DNA of 64,000 nt from Octopus vulgaris (lineage: Eukaryota): assembly GCA_951406725.2 (NCBI GenBank), contig OX597827.1, forward strand, positions 4,774,001-4,838,000. The letters run 5' to 3'. The position numbers and the translations under genes are program-made. This document shows positions 1 to 12,335 of the stretch, one piece after another (position 1 is the stretch's first letter; every line of letters begins with the position of its first letter). A model generated the notes under the pieces. That model searched no databases. It was not told the origin of the DNA and worked only from the letters and a program-made list of their open reading frames with translations.

Positions 1-24
1 AGCTCAGTAATATATCTTTCTAGG

Positions 25-424
25 AGTGGAGGCACAATGGCCCAGTGGTTAGGGCAGTGGACTCGCGGTCGTAAGGATCGCAGTTTCGATTCCCAGACTG
101 GGCGTTGTGAGTGTTTATTGAGTGAAAACACCTAAAAGAAAAGTCCCACGAGGCTCTGGCAGGGGATGGTGGTGATCCCTGCTGTACTCTTTCACCACAA
201 CTTTCTCTCACTCTTACTTCCTGTTTCTGTTGTACCTGTATTTCAAAGGGCCGGCCTTGTCACTCCCTGTGTCATGCTGAATATCCCCGAGAACTACGTT
301 AAGGGTGCATGTGTCTGTGGAGTGCTCAGCCACTTACACGTTAATTTCACGAGCAGGCTGTTCCGTTGATTCGGATCAACTGGAACCCTCATCGTCGTAA
401 CCGACGGAGTGCTTCCATCCATCC
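25..424 (+). mobile_element. tRNA-derived SINE, family A
   Basis: A-box tggcccagtgg, B-box gtttcgattcc, (ccat)n tail, TSD atctttctagg (14-24 / 425-435). Confidence 0.9.
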
Positions 425-519
425 ATCTTTCTAGGGATTTTGGTGGGAGTTTCTTTTCAGTTATTCTAGTTCTTTGTTCTTATTTTTTTCTAAGCCTAGG
501 GTTATAAGATTCCAAGAGT

Positions 520-1000
520 GACAGGAATTCTGGGACTGGTGTATTGCTGCATAAGGTAACTATTTCAAAGAAAATGGTGTTAAAACTTAGGTAAATAAGT
601 TATTTTTTATCAAATATAACTAGTCCAGAAACTTTTTGATACCACCTGGTTCAGCTGTCTACCTATGGGCTTCATCTAGATCTCATCTCATGGACTGAGA
701 GCTTCATATCAGATTGCACTATCTTGGTATGTACTAACAGGTTTTTTTTCCTTTTTTGACATGTGCACACTATCAAAACTGATGTGCTCCATATAGTTTT
801 TCCTGTCTGTATATGACCTAATTACTCTCATCTCTAAGAATATACAGTCCTATGCACTTTATATCCTTCATCACTCCTTAAATTTTCTGACACAAGCTTC
901 ATCCATATGCAACCTAGACACCTCATGTATGGAAACCTTGACACAAAACTACAATCAATGCATATATGAACAGTCTTGTATCATGGTGCTCCTTCACTTA
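520..1000 (+). mobile_element. Highly decayed Jockey/CR1-like RT remnant
   Basis: LVQLSTYGLHLDLISWTESFISD and DL...IQSYA resemble RT segments. Confidence 0.45.
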
Positions 1001-1294
1001 TTGGACAACACACAGCTTATACCCATATGATCTTTCTTGCAACCCTTCAAATGATCACATGGCTGAAACTGTATCTCCAGGATTATAGCTGCAGCCATAG
1101 ACTAGCAGCTGTTTAAATTGATGATTAACTGCATTAATCTGACCAGTCATAGAATATGATAGAATGCAACTATTCCATGATGTATTGTACCTCATTGAGG
1201 AATATTTGATCTCACTAGTATTGGCACTCAAAAAAGTGCTTTCAGTACTGTACTAGAATACTGGCATTCCACTGAGAATCAATGTTTCATTCCT

Positions 1295-2007
1295 TGGTAC
1301 ACCTACACGTGTACCCCAAAGAATTTCTTTCCTCATAACTTCCAGAAAAATGGATATTTTTTCATGAAATTTTCTACAAATATGTTTCAGATGGTGTAAA
1401 TTGTGATTATATCGGAATTTTTTACCAAAACATTTTTCCTTGGCTGGGTAGAGGGCTCACAGAAAATTCATGCAAATTGTCTTTGTTTTCTTATAACTTT
1501 CAGAAAAATGTACATTTTCCACAAATACCTTTCACAGTTTTGTAGATCAAGATTATATCAAAATTTCATATGAAGAAAGAAAAAAAAATAAACTCGGTGG
1601 ACGTACACATCATACATACTGACACATCACATTCATCAACAAAATGAAACTTGAAATTTCAAAAACAATTGTGATGTGTGTCAGTATGTATGTGCTTATC
1701 AGTTCCCCTTTCATATCAAACTGTGATATAATCGTAATTTACATATTCTTAAAGATACTTGTTGAAAATTTCATCAAAGAATCCCATTTTCTCCAAAAGT
1801 GATGATGAAACAAAACTAACCTGTATTAATTTTCTTAAACTCCTCTCTCTACCCTTCAGAAAAATGTTTTTTCACAACACATTGTGCAACAATCGGAATC
1901 TACACCATCTGAAGCATATTTGTAGAAAATTCATTGAAAAAATATCAATTTTTCTGGAAGTTGTGAGGAAACAAATTTGCTGGGGAACATTTGTGTACAT
2001 ATACCCA
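1295..2007. mobile_element. Fold-back MITE with long degenerate inverted arms
   Basis: cctcataacttccagaaaaatggatatttt...ttctacaaatatgtttcagatggtgta is mirrored by tacaccatctgaagcatatttgtagaa...tttttctggaagttgtgagg. Inner mirror catacatactgacacatcaca / tgtgatgtgtgtcagtatgtatg. Confidence 0.75.
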
Positions 2008-2520
2008 TTGCTTTAACAATAGTAATACTAAAATTACACTGCTATTGAGTATCTGTATATATGTTTGCTTCGTTTCACTTAGCAATATTTGCTTATGTAA
2101 CTGCATGTAATATATAAACAAACAATACACTTCTTTTGTTCGATCTGCACCAAAAGAGTGACAATACACAAATGTAACTGGGATAACTGTATTTACAATG
2201 ATTTTGTGTTTAATAACAAATACAAACTGTACTAAAAATGCATTGGAGTGTGTGTACATATATAAATTTATTGGCAGTATTTAGGTAGTAACTTTTCTTT
2301 GCTTTGTTCTTTTAACATAATGGCATATTTCATCTTATTTAGCATTTTCACTACTGACACTTGAGCTTTGTTCATGTTGCATGTCTTGCCAGCATTCTTC
2401 CCACACACATACCATATGTGTACTTATGCTTATACACAATAAGTATATATAATACAATGATATCAAGTCATTATAAAACATGCTGTCTTAATGACACCAT
2501 GTTTGCACTCGAGTATATAT

Positions 2521-2700
2521 CATCATCAACCTTTAATGTCTGTTTCTCATGCTGGCATGGGTTGGCTGGCTTGTAAGACCAGGAGCCGTATCAGGTTTCA
2601 TAGTCTGTTATAGCTTGGTTTCTATGGCTGGATGCCCTTCCTAACACCAACCACTCTACAAGTGTACAGAGTGCTTTTTTTGTGGCACCATCACATATGC
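2521..2700 (-). mobile_element. Family E / RTE 3' end, diverged
   Basis: catcatc...catgctggcatgggttgg...ggctggatgcccttcctaacaccaaccac. Confidence 0.65.
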
Positions 2701-4060
2701 TTTTACCATACTACCTTGGTTTTAAGATCTCAATTCTGTTATGGTAGATGGGTCTTCTAAAGTACAGCAATATGCTATATATCCTAGTCCCCTACTGTTT
2801 CCTTTGTAAGGTTCAGCATTTTGAAGGCTGATCTCAAAACAATGAACCTTGTGAAGGAGATGGGTAATTAGGACCAGGTAAGTGAAGTTTAATGCTTGTT
2901 AACTACTTCCACGCATACACTCACAAATTTATGTATGTATCAACAGGCAATGACTTCAATTAGAATTCATTGATGTAAAATCAGACCTGATCCTTCAGAT
3001 ACTTTTGACTGAGTATGAGGGGAACCTTCAAGTTCTGAAGAAGGCTGAGATTCATTGGATGATATATAAAGTTTGTTCCTATATGTCAGTTTCTGTTGTG
3101 TTGAACTCAATGTGTGGATATTTGATAGATGATTGTGAAGCATTTTGATGCCTGCTGAGTACAAAACGTCTCTAATGCAGCAGATAAGAGTAGTCTCCCT
3201 TGCTTTCGTTAGCAATTCCTGAAGAATTTTGGTAAAAATTAGGAGACAGTGCTATCAAATGATGACTTCAAATTAGCTAATAGGAAGATCTGTTGATGTT
3301 ATCCGCATGAAAGTTTAGTCTTATTAAACAATAAAGGGGACCGTTTCAATATGTTTCACTCAGAGACAAAGATGATAGTTACCCAAATGTTTGAATAAGT
3401 GGTAGGCTTTAGTTACGTTGTGTTGGTCATTTCCTTCTTCCTGGAGTCTTGGGATAAAGCAAAGCATGAAGTAGCATTTTCCTGTCACTGGATCTGAAGA
3501 TCTACATATGCTGAATGAACCTAACTCTTGAAATTATTGGCTGTAAGTTCTTGTAACTTTTAATGCTCTCGGGTTGAGTAAAGTTGGCCTCTCTGAACTT
3601 TGAACTTGAAAAAGTGAATTTCTTCAGAGGACATGTGAATTTTGGCGGCAGTAGGTGGTAATTGCCTGAGATAGAGGATGTATAAGTGTATGCTTTTTTT
3701 CTGTAGTCATATCTGATGTTGAAAGTTAATTTGTCCACGCAACATCTAATATTATTTTATCATGTGGGTTCTGATATTTCTTTTGTATCAAGTGGGGCCG
3801 ATAGTATTTTTTCTGTAGCTCTCATTTTTATTGGATGGTTCCTATCTTATTTTGGTATGTTGCTTTTTGAGGGCATTGCTCATGATTTTCTTCTTATCAT
3901 TTGCAAACATATTGTCTTTTTCCGTGATTTCATTGGTCACATTTATTTTTCTTTAAACTTGCTGTTTCAACCTTTTCTGTATATTGGATTGCAGTTTAAT
4001 TATTGTTCAGTTTCTTTCAGCGTATTTGTTGATGTGTTAATTCATTTCTTTTATATCCTA

Positions 4061-4456
4061 CTAGCAGTATCGCCCAGCGTTGCTCGGGTTTGTAAGGGAA
4101 ATAACTATATAAGCGTTTTTAGAGAGTTATAGCCAAAAAATAGCAAAAAAATGCATTAAAAATGGAAAAAAATTATGGTAAATTTTTTTTAAATCGTTGA
4201 CTCATCGTAGACATTTTTAGAGAGTTACTTCCCTTATATAATAGCGAAAAAATGCATTAAAATGGAAAAAAATGATGGTAAATTATTTTTAAAATCGTAG
4301 ACTCATCGTAGACACGCGCTAATACCCAGAAGGGCTCGATATGAATCACGACTATAAGATACCCGGTTTTGGTTAAACTGCACCGCAAAATGTGGGAGTA
4401 GTTTGGAATCTAAATCGTAGGAGACAGACACACAACTTGACTTTTATATATAAAGA
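4061..4456 (-). mobile_element. Non-autonomous Helitron
   Basis: On the minus strand it starts A|TCtttatatataaaag and ends with a GC hairpin (cccgagcaacgctggg) then CTAG|T. Contains internal ~90-bp subrepeats. Same family as 37772-38154. Confidence 0.8.
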
Positions 4457-4769
4457 TTTATTCAATTACTTGTTGCTTGATATTTTCCCAAAGCTGTTAC
4501 CTGCGTTTTAGTTTCTTTCATTGGTTGCTGGTTATAATGTTTTTGATGACCTAAGTCTTTCTATGTGTATTGCTTATTGCTTTAATGGTACTCCAGAAGC
4601 TGTTTCCTACTTCGTTCAGTGGTTGTCAGTTACAGTTCAGAGGTTTCATATCCTGTTATTGTTGAAGTGTTATGGTCTGGATTTGTGAAATTATTTCAGT
4701 ATGTATGTTATCAGTGAGGTAGGAGTCAGCAACAGTACAGCAATTAGTTTCGTGTACTAGCAGGAATTA

Positions 4770-6050
4770 GTTCAGAGCTCGGTTCCCAATCCTCTCCTAT
4801 TCATCATTGACAGAAGAGTTTGAAAATAATTGTCAATATGAACTCATTTATGCTGATGATCTTCTCCTAGTTTTATCTGTAGTTGAATTAGAATAGAAAT
4901 CCCATGCATGAAAGCTAGGGCTTTAAATCTAATTTAGCAAAGACCAAAGTTCTAGAAAGCAGAAGAACAGACAGTACTCTACGGCCTTCAGAAAAATAAC
5001 CTTGGTTGATATGTCAGAAAGATAAAAATAGAAATTCTATGTAGTGCATCCAGTGCAAGCTATGAACACACAAATGGTGCAGTGGTTTCACAGGAAAATT
5101 AATTGAAAAAGTAGACTTTGTTTGCAGTAGATGTTCAGGAGCACTGAACTCTAAAAGCACATGGAATATACATTTTCTGAAATGCTCACAATGTTCCCTA
5201 GAGGTAGTAAATATTATTAAGGTGTCCCAATTAGTAATGAAGGAGGATGTTCTGAAATTGTGTTTGCTAGAATAAGAATAGGATGGAGAAAGTTCAAAGA
5301 AATATTACCTCTGTTGGTAACAAAGGGTTCCTTTCTCTCACTGAGTGAGACAGATTGTATGATGTATATGTGTGAACAGGAATACTACATAGTAAAGAGA
5401 CATGGGTTCTAAATGCAGAGGGCATTCAAAGCCTAGAAAGGAATGAAGCTAGTATGCTCTTTTGGATATGCAACATCACTATGCATGTACAACGAAGTGC
5501 AAATGTGTACTTTAACTTATCATCTCCTTCCTGAGCCATTCCTATTTCCTTCACCTTTTCTCCTTTACCACCATTGTACTAACATTTACTGTCATCCACA
5601 CTGTCAACTTTGTTTCATTCACAATTTCTGCCCCTTTATCTCTCTTTCCTTGCATTCTAGTGAACTTATCCACCCACCCTTACCAATTCTTTGTCCATAT
5701 TCTCTCTTATACTCACTTTCTTGTATCTTGAGAGTATTTTCTGATACTGCCATCATTGTCTTCTTTTCTGCTACTCCCACGCACCACCTGTATATCACGA
5801 AGGTTAGCCATGTTTCTTTTCTATAGCAAAACACCTGTATCTGTCCCACTGTCATACTTTAGCCTTTCAACACTTGGCATTAAACCCATAAATACATCTC
5901 TATGCAACCCAACTAAGCTGAGGGGCCTTTTTCTTGCCCTGTGAATTACCTGGTGATCTCACTAGTGCTGGTGTCATGAAAGAAGCATTAAATACATTCT
6001 GTAAAGTGGTTGGTATTTGGAATGGCACCCACCTTTAGAAACCATGATTC
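4770..6050 (+). mobile_element. Degenerate RTE-clade LINE (RT YADD region, PHD-like Cys insert, 3' end)
   Basis: ELIYADDLLL (tatgctgatgat ~4849-4860), C..QCKL..HK.CSG, ARIRIGWRKFKEILPLL, ETWVLNAE..SLERNEASML. Many stops and frameshifts. Confidence 0.8.
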
Positions 6051-6286
6051 AATATACATTGCTAATATCCCTCCTCAATTACCTCTGACGTCTACAAATC
6101 AGAAGCAAGGACTATTTGAGTATTATGGTTCCACTGATTCATGATCATAAGTTACCAATTCTAAACCTACTCTCACTTCTACCACATCAAGCTCATCTGT
6201 CATCCCCTACAGGCAAATGAAATTAATTTTCATTATTATCTTTTAACTTTTTGAATGTTGTAACTTTAATTTTATGAAATATATAT

Positions 6287-6715
6287 CTCTTTTACTCTTT
6301 TACTCTTTTACTTGTTTCAGTCTGTTGACTGTGGCCATGCTGGAGCACCACCTTTAGTCGAGCAAATCGACCCCGGGACTTATTCTTTGTAAGCCCAGTA
6401 CTTATTCTATCGGTCTCTTTTTGCTGAACCGCTAAGTGACGAGGACGTAAACACACCGGCATCGGTTGTCAAGCGATGGTGGGGAGACAAACACAGACAC
6501 ACAAACATATACACACACATACATACATATATATATATATATACATATATACGACAGGCTTCTTTCAGTTTCCGTCTACCAAATCCACTCACAAGGCATT
6601 GGTCGGCCCGAGGCTATAGCAGAAGACACTTGCCCAAGGTGCCACGCAGTGGGACTGAACCTGGAACCGTGTGGTTGGTAAGCTTGCTACTTACCACACA
6701 GCCACTCCTGCGCCT
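6287..6715 (-). mobile_element. tRNA-type SINE, family B (CORE-like ccttgggcaagt, internal TA/TG microsatellite, gtaaaaga tail)
   Basis: Head ggcgcaggagtggctgtgtggtaag...gttcagtccc and tail (gtaaaaga)n. Many near-identical copies in the window. Confidence 0.88.
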
Positions 6716-6984
6716 ATATATGATGTCCATATTATTTCCTACAATTCTGTTATTGTTTAACCATGTTATGCATTTTTAAATCATCTCCCTGGAAATTTGT
6801 GGACTATGCATCTATACATGAAAAGTCTCCTCCTTTCCTTCTCTTAATAATTGTCTCAGACATAGACACAGAGTCAGAAAATTGAGGCAAGATAAAAGGC
6901 AAAGCCAAATACTTAAACTCAGAAGGTTGAACAACCAGGAATGCTGCACAGCATTTTGTTCATTATAATGAAAATCAAATCAAA

Positions 6985-7852
6985 CTGGTGGCACGTAACA
7001 AACACCATCTGATCGTGGCCATGCCAGCCTCGCTTGGCCTCCGTGCCAGTGGCACATAAAAAACACCATCCGAGCGTGGCCGTTCGCCAGCCTCGTCTGG
7101 CACCTGTGTCGGTGGCACATAAAAAACACCATCCGAGCGTGGCCGTTCGCCAGCCTTGTCTGGCACCTGTGTCCATGGCACATAAAAAAACACCATCCGA
7201 GCATGGCCGTTCGCCAGCCTCATCTGGCACCTGTGTCGGTGGCACATAAAAAACACCATCCGAGCGTGGCCGTTCGCCAGCCTCGTCTGGCACCTGTGTC
7301 CATGGCACATAAAAAACACCATCCGAGCGTGGCCGTTCGCCAGCCTTGTCTGGCACCTGTGTCCATGGCACATAAAAACACCATCCGAGCATGGCCGTTC
7401 GCCAGCCTCATCTGGCACCTGTGTCGGTGGCACATAAAAACACCATCCGAGCGTGGCCATTCGCCAGCCTCGTCTGGCACCTGTGTCCATGGCACATAAA
7501 AACACCATCCGAGCGTGGCCGTTCGCCAGCCTCGTCTGGCACCTGTGTCGGTGGCACATAAAAAACACCATCCGAGCGTGGCCGTTCGCCAGCCTCGTCT
7601 GGCACCTGTGTCAGTGGCACATAAAAAAACACCATCTGAGCGTGGCCGTTCGCCAGCCTCGTCTGGCATGGCAAAAAGGCACCCACTACACTCATGGAGT
7701 GGTTGGCGTTAGGAAGGGCATCCAGCTGTAGAAACACTGCCAGATCTGACTGGCCTGGTGCAGCCTTCTGGCTTCCCAGACCCCAGTTGAACCGTCCAAC
7801 CCATGCTAGCATGGAAAGCGGATGTTAAACGACGATGATGATGATGATGATG
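6985..7852 (+). mobile_element. RTE-related short retroposon (family E) with an expanded internal ~63-bp tandem array and (GAT)n tail
   Basis: 3' part cacccactacactc...ggaagggcatccagctgtagaaac...gttaaacgacgatgatg is shared with the RTE 3' ends at ~5940-6050 and ~33430-33610. Confidence 0.82.
6989..7667. repeat. Minisatellite, 11 units of 62-64 bp
   Basis: Units start at 6989, 7051, 7114, 7177, 7241, 7304, 7367, 7429, 7491, 7553 and 7616 (ggcacataaaaaacaccatccgagcgtggccgttcgccagcctcgtctggcacctgtgtc). Confidence 0.93.
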
Positions 7853-8786
7853 AATCCTGCCAATTCACCACCTTTAATAAGATATATTTTCTTAATGGAA
7901 TTATGCAGTGATGTGTTTTTTCAGTGTATGTGTGTTGATTGCAATTATGCTGATTGTTTTTCAGAAGGCAAATAATTCCATACCATTTTGATTGTTCAGT
8001 AATTTTTCAGCACAAAAAAAAAAAAAAAAAAGAAAGCAGCTCATGACATTATTCTAATTGATATTATTCATTATCAACCTGAATTTGGATAGCATGATGA
8101 AAATATTTCAGAGTTTTGTTTCATAATGCAGAATAAGATTATTCTGCATATTGAACATGAGTCGGTGGTGCAATAATCATGAGCAAGTTTTGGCTGCCAA
8201 GAGAGGAGTGGATTCTTTTCATTCATTGAACTAAAATAAATAAATACAAATATAATGTTTCATTCTTAAATGGTTTCATAACTTGTCTCTGCACCATTGA
8301 AGGTGTGTCTCTGAAAAAATTTATAAAGTGGGTTGGGTATCCCAAGTTGTTGTTATGCCTGCCATTTGTTAATTTGGACAATTGATATAATCGACTTAAT
8401 CCGTTTGTCTGTCCTTGTTTGTCCTCTCTGTGTTTAGCCCCTTGTGGGTAGTAAAAAAATAAGTATTGTCAGCACCTGCTACAAGGACAAAGTAGATGAA
8501 AGAAAGTATCAAGGAATCATATTGATGGACTAGAGAATTAACCTTGATAAGATGTAGCTTGGTTTGTGCCTTAAAAAGTACTACTAATATTCTCTTCTTA
8601 TTTGCGCTGTTTTGTTGTCGTTGGATGTGCAACAATAGCTTCTTGCTTATAGTGGTTATTTAACCCAATAATCAGCCCTGACTGAAGTTAAGCAGAGGTG
8701 TTTCATCTGAGACAGTCTTATTGTTCTCTATGTCTGGGACTTCACTATTCAATATGTTGTTCCTTGTACTTTTGTTTTAAGATGAT

Positions 8787-9132
8787 GGATGGAAGCAACG
8801 GAACAGCCTGCTCGTGAAATTAACGTGTAAGTGGCTGAGCATTCCAGAGACACGTGTACCCTTAACGTAGTTTTTGGGGATATTCAGCATGACACAGAGA
8901 GTGACAAGGCCGGCCCTTTGAAATACAGGTACAACAGAAACAGGAAGTAAGAGTGAGAGAAAGTTGTGGTGAAAGAGTACAGCAGGGATCACCACCACCC
9001 CCTGCCGGAGCCTCGTGGAGCTTTAGGTGTTTTCACTCAATAAACACTCACAACGCCCGGTCTGGGAATCGAAACCGTGATCCTATGATCGCGAGTCCGC
9101 TGCCCTAACCACTGGGCCATTGCGCCTCCACA
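8787..9132 (-). mobile_element. SINE family A with an internal deletion near the 3' end
   Basis: Reverse complement of family A. TSD tttaagatgat (8776-8786 / 9133-9143). Lacks the ctccgtcggttacg...gatccgaatc segment. Confidence 0.9.
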
Positions 9133-9934
9133 TTTAAGATGATAGGGTGTAGTTTAAAACAAAAACTGGCTGCTATCTTCAGCAATTTCAATATCTGAAC
9201 AGAAGTTCTTTTGTTGGCTCCTTGTTATAGATGCATGACCATCTAGCAAGAAATATAGCTGCCAGAGTGAATAAATTTAAAATGTTCATGTTTGCATTAG
9301 AATTAGTATCTGACGTTAGTCATCTGACTGAAGATTATTCAGTAGCTTGCAGGCTTGTGGTTTGTAGTGATAATAAAAAGTTTAATATATGTATTTCTGC
9401 AATATATTAATAATGCTAATGCAGTAGTATCTCACATTTGTAATGTTGGGAGTTGAAAGACTTTGAGCAACTGACAATATTCAAATTATTAGTAGACAAA
9501 AACTCCCTCTAGTTTTGCTTAGAACCTAAAACCAACCAGTGAGGGAAATGATTCCCAAAAGATCAGCTGAATGAAAATTCTGGACACTGTAGACAATGTA
9601 GATTAGAATGGATTTGGACTTTTAAGCCATTGGGTGAAAGCAGTGCAGTTTTGCTGAACAGAATATGTTTCACTGATGAGTCTAGTAAGACAGAGATACA
9701 TATGTTTCTTTCACTATTTGGCTTCAAAGATGAAGACTGGAACAGATCTTGTTTCTTTATATTGTTAAAAAATTTCAGTCAACTGATCTTATCAGAATTA
9801 TCTCCTTTGTTTCCTTGTAAAGTTTAAACATCTCAAGTGGGATATTTTATCTCCTAATTTCTTTGATATTACTATAGCTGTTTTCAGATTTTCATCTATA
9901 TTATATCATATTTACATAGAGTATACAGTATATA

Positions 9935-10106
9935 GGCACAGGAGTGGCTGTGTGGTAAGTGGCTTGCTAACCAACCACATGGTTCCGGGTTCAGTCCCAC
10001 TGCGTTGGCACCTTGGGCAATTGTCTTCTACTATAGCCCCGGGCCGACCAATGCCTTGTGAGTGGATTTGGTAGACGGAAACTGAAAGAAGCCTGTCGTA
10101 TATATG

Positions 10107-10137
<31 letters not shown>

Positions 10138-10330
10138 CTGTGTTTGTCCCCCTAGCATTGCTTGACAACCGATGCTGGTGTGTTTACGTCCCCGTCACTT
10201 AGCGGTTCGGCAAAAGAGACTGATAGAATAAGTATTGGGCTTACAAAGAATAAGTCCCGGGGTCGATTTGCTCGACTAAAGGCGGTGCTCCAGCATGGCC
10301 GCAGTCAAATGACTGAAACAAGTAAAAGAA
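9935..10330 (+). mobile_element. SINE family B
   Basis: Full-length match to the family B layout. Confidence 0.88.
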
Positions 10331-10394
10331 TATTCCTCTTAGAGATTTATTCCGAACAAGTGTCACTTATATTCCCACTATTTCTGTAAATATA

Positions 10395-11615
10395 TTGTAA
10401 AAACCCATGTAATTTATGCACTTTTTTTTTGACAAAAATAAAAAAAAACTTTAGTGGGTGAGTAAATTACGTGAGCTGATTGTTTCCTGAATTTATTTTG
10501 AAATTTTTTTTGTTGAAAAAAGACGTACAAAACATAAACATTTGTACTGGAAGTTGAGTCATTTAATGTCAGAATAGGAACTTACAGAACAAAATATTGT
10601 CTTAAATATAATGAAGTTGACTTTAATTTATGATGGACTGTATGACGCTTACTTTTTCTGTATAAATTTACTAAAACCATTAAATGGTTAACTACTTTTT
10701 GAACTCTGATGTTCACGCTGGTAAACATGGTCTGGGCCATATTTTACATTGTTTAGAGTTTCTACCTATTGCAATAGAGCACCGTTGACATACATCGTGA
10801 TATGGATATTCCTGACTGAAAAAAAAATGTAATGATATGGATAATCTTGATATAAATTTTTATTTTTGTCTGTTTATTACCAGGCACAGTTTTAAGTTTG
10901 TTGTACTGTTTACACTAATTTCAAACATTGGCTTCATTAACATTAAAATGCCTTCTGGCGATTCATAAATTCTACCCATACTGACAATAACGGTAATGAC
11001 AAATTTTAAAGTTTGCTTGACATCTTAGAAGTGTGAAAGGGATTAAAATTTCGATACTCTATATCAAAGGTTCCGACAAGAATAGGCGGAAAAGAATTCT
11101 GTTTACATAATCAGTTTGATCGGTCACCTTCTTCTGTTGGTTGAGTAAAGTGTCATCCAAGCTGATGTTTATTGGTAATTAAACTTAATATGCAACACCT
11201 GTGCACATTTATCAGGATTGCTTTTGTTGACAATTCTTATCAACAACTTTTCCTGTGATCATGATTTGAGAAGACATATGCTAAAGATCAGACATAATCT
11301 CTTGTGGGCAAGAAATGTAAAATAAAGTTTATTAATGACAACACAAACACTTTGTAATTTAATAGCTTTCAATGTCAATGTCTGTTAGACAAAAATTATT
11401 TTTATTTGATGAAAATTTTATAAAATCTAATCATAAGTATGTGAAATTATGCTAAATACAACTAAATTGAAAGCCTTTTTCACCTGGCTATATCGGCCGT
11501 TCTGAAAACTTTTGGGTGCAAATTTTACGTGAGTAAAAGCATTTTTTAACAAATTTTATCCTGAAAATCACCCGCGTAAATTACATAGGTGCACAAATTA
11601 CATAAGTTTTTATGG
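10395..11615. mobile_element. TA-flanked DNA transposon relic with 27-bp TIRs (pogo/Tc2-like)
   Basis: TA-ttgtaaaaacccatgtaatttatgcac ... gtgcacaaattacataagtttttatgg-TA. 21/27 match, all mismatches are transitions. No intact ORF inside. Confidence 0.65.
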
Positions 11616-12046
11616 TATATATCAGTATATATCATCCTTTTTAAGACATTAATATGTATGATTTGAGGTAGATTTGAATAAACTTGTGTGCCTGATCACA
11701 ATGAAGATATCATCCACATGCTTACTGCAAATTGTGGATATGTATTTGGCTATGGCGTTAAGATATATATTGGCCATAGTATAACTGTATTATATAATGA
11801 ACCTATTGTCTATGCTGGCTTATGATATTATCTATGTTTGCAATACAGAATACCATAAATACAGGTTAAGTAAACAACCCATTGGTACCCATTGTCCTGA
11901 ATGCAGAAACTTCTTGGTGCAAAATTAAGGGAATAATGTGCTGTAGTTTTCTTAAGTGTTTCTTAAGTATAGTGGCTGGTTTCAGTTTCTAATTTTAAAA
12001 TTTTCTTTCTACATCATAAAATTTGAATTAGTATGTTACATTAGTT

Positions 12047-12335
12047 CATCATCATCATCATCGTTTAACGTCCGTTCTCCATGCTAGCATGGGTTGGACG
12101 GTTCGACTGGGGATCTAGGAAGCCAGAAGGCTGCACCAGTCTCCAGTCTTATCTGGCAATGTTTCTACAGCTGGATGCCCTTCCTAATGCCAACCACTCC
12201 GTGAGTGTAGTGGGTGCTTTTTACGTGCCACCTGCACAGGTGCCAGGCGAAGCTGGCAACGGCCACGGTCGGATTGGTGTATTTTATGTGCCACCGGCAT
12301 GGAAGCCAGTCGAGGCAGTGCTGGCATCGGCCCCA
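12047..12335 (-). mobile_element. Family E retroposon
   Basis: catcatcatcgtttaacgtccg...ctggatgcccttcctaatgccaaccac, with ~2 units of the 63-bp repeat. Confidence 0.8.

Noticed and set aside
25-100. tRNA gene at the heads of family A, B and C elements
   Set aside because: A/B-box heads continue into SINE bodies with tails and TSDs, and occur in many copies. No complete cloverleaf was established.
166-369. Recurrent small ORFs (MVVIPAVLFHH..., MSGFGRRKLKE..., MLAWVGRF...) as a gene family
   Set aside because: They recur only because they lie within SINE copies, and their frames and ends vary between copies.
3170-3225. Distant alternative last exon (cttcag|GA, giving GIANESKGDYSYLLH*)
   Set aside because: It lies ~50 kb from exon 2 and is short, with no supporting motif. 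A much better terminal exon exists at 48187.
3716-4132. 138-aa hydrophobic ORF as a membrane protein
   Set aside because: Hydrophobicity reflects T-rich composition, and the ORF runs into a Helitron end.
6989-7667. CRISPR-like regular array and overlapping ORFs
   Set aside because: Units are contiguous with no unique spacers, there are no cas genes, and the context is eukaryotic. The ORFs are translations of a tandem repeat inside a retroposon.
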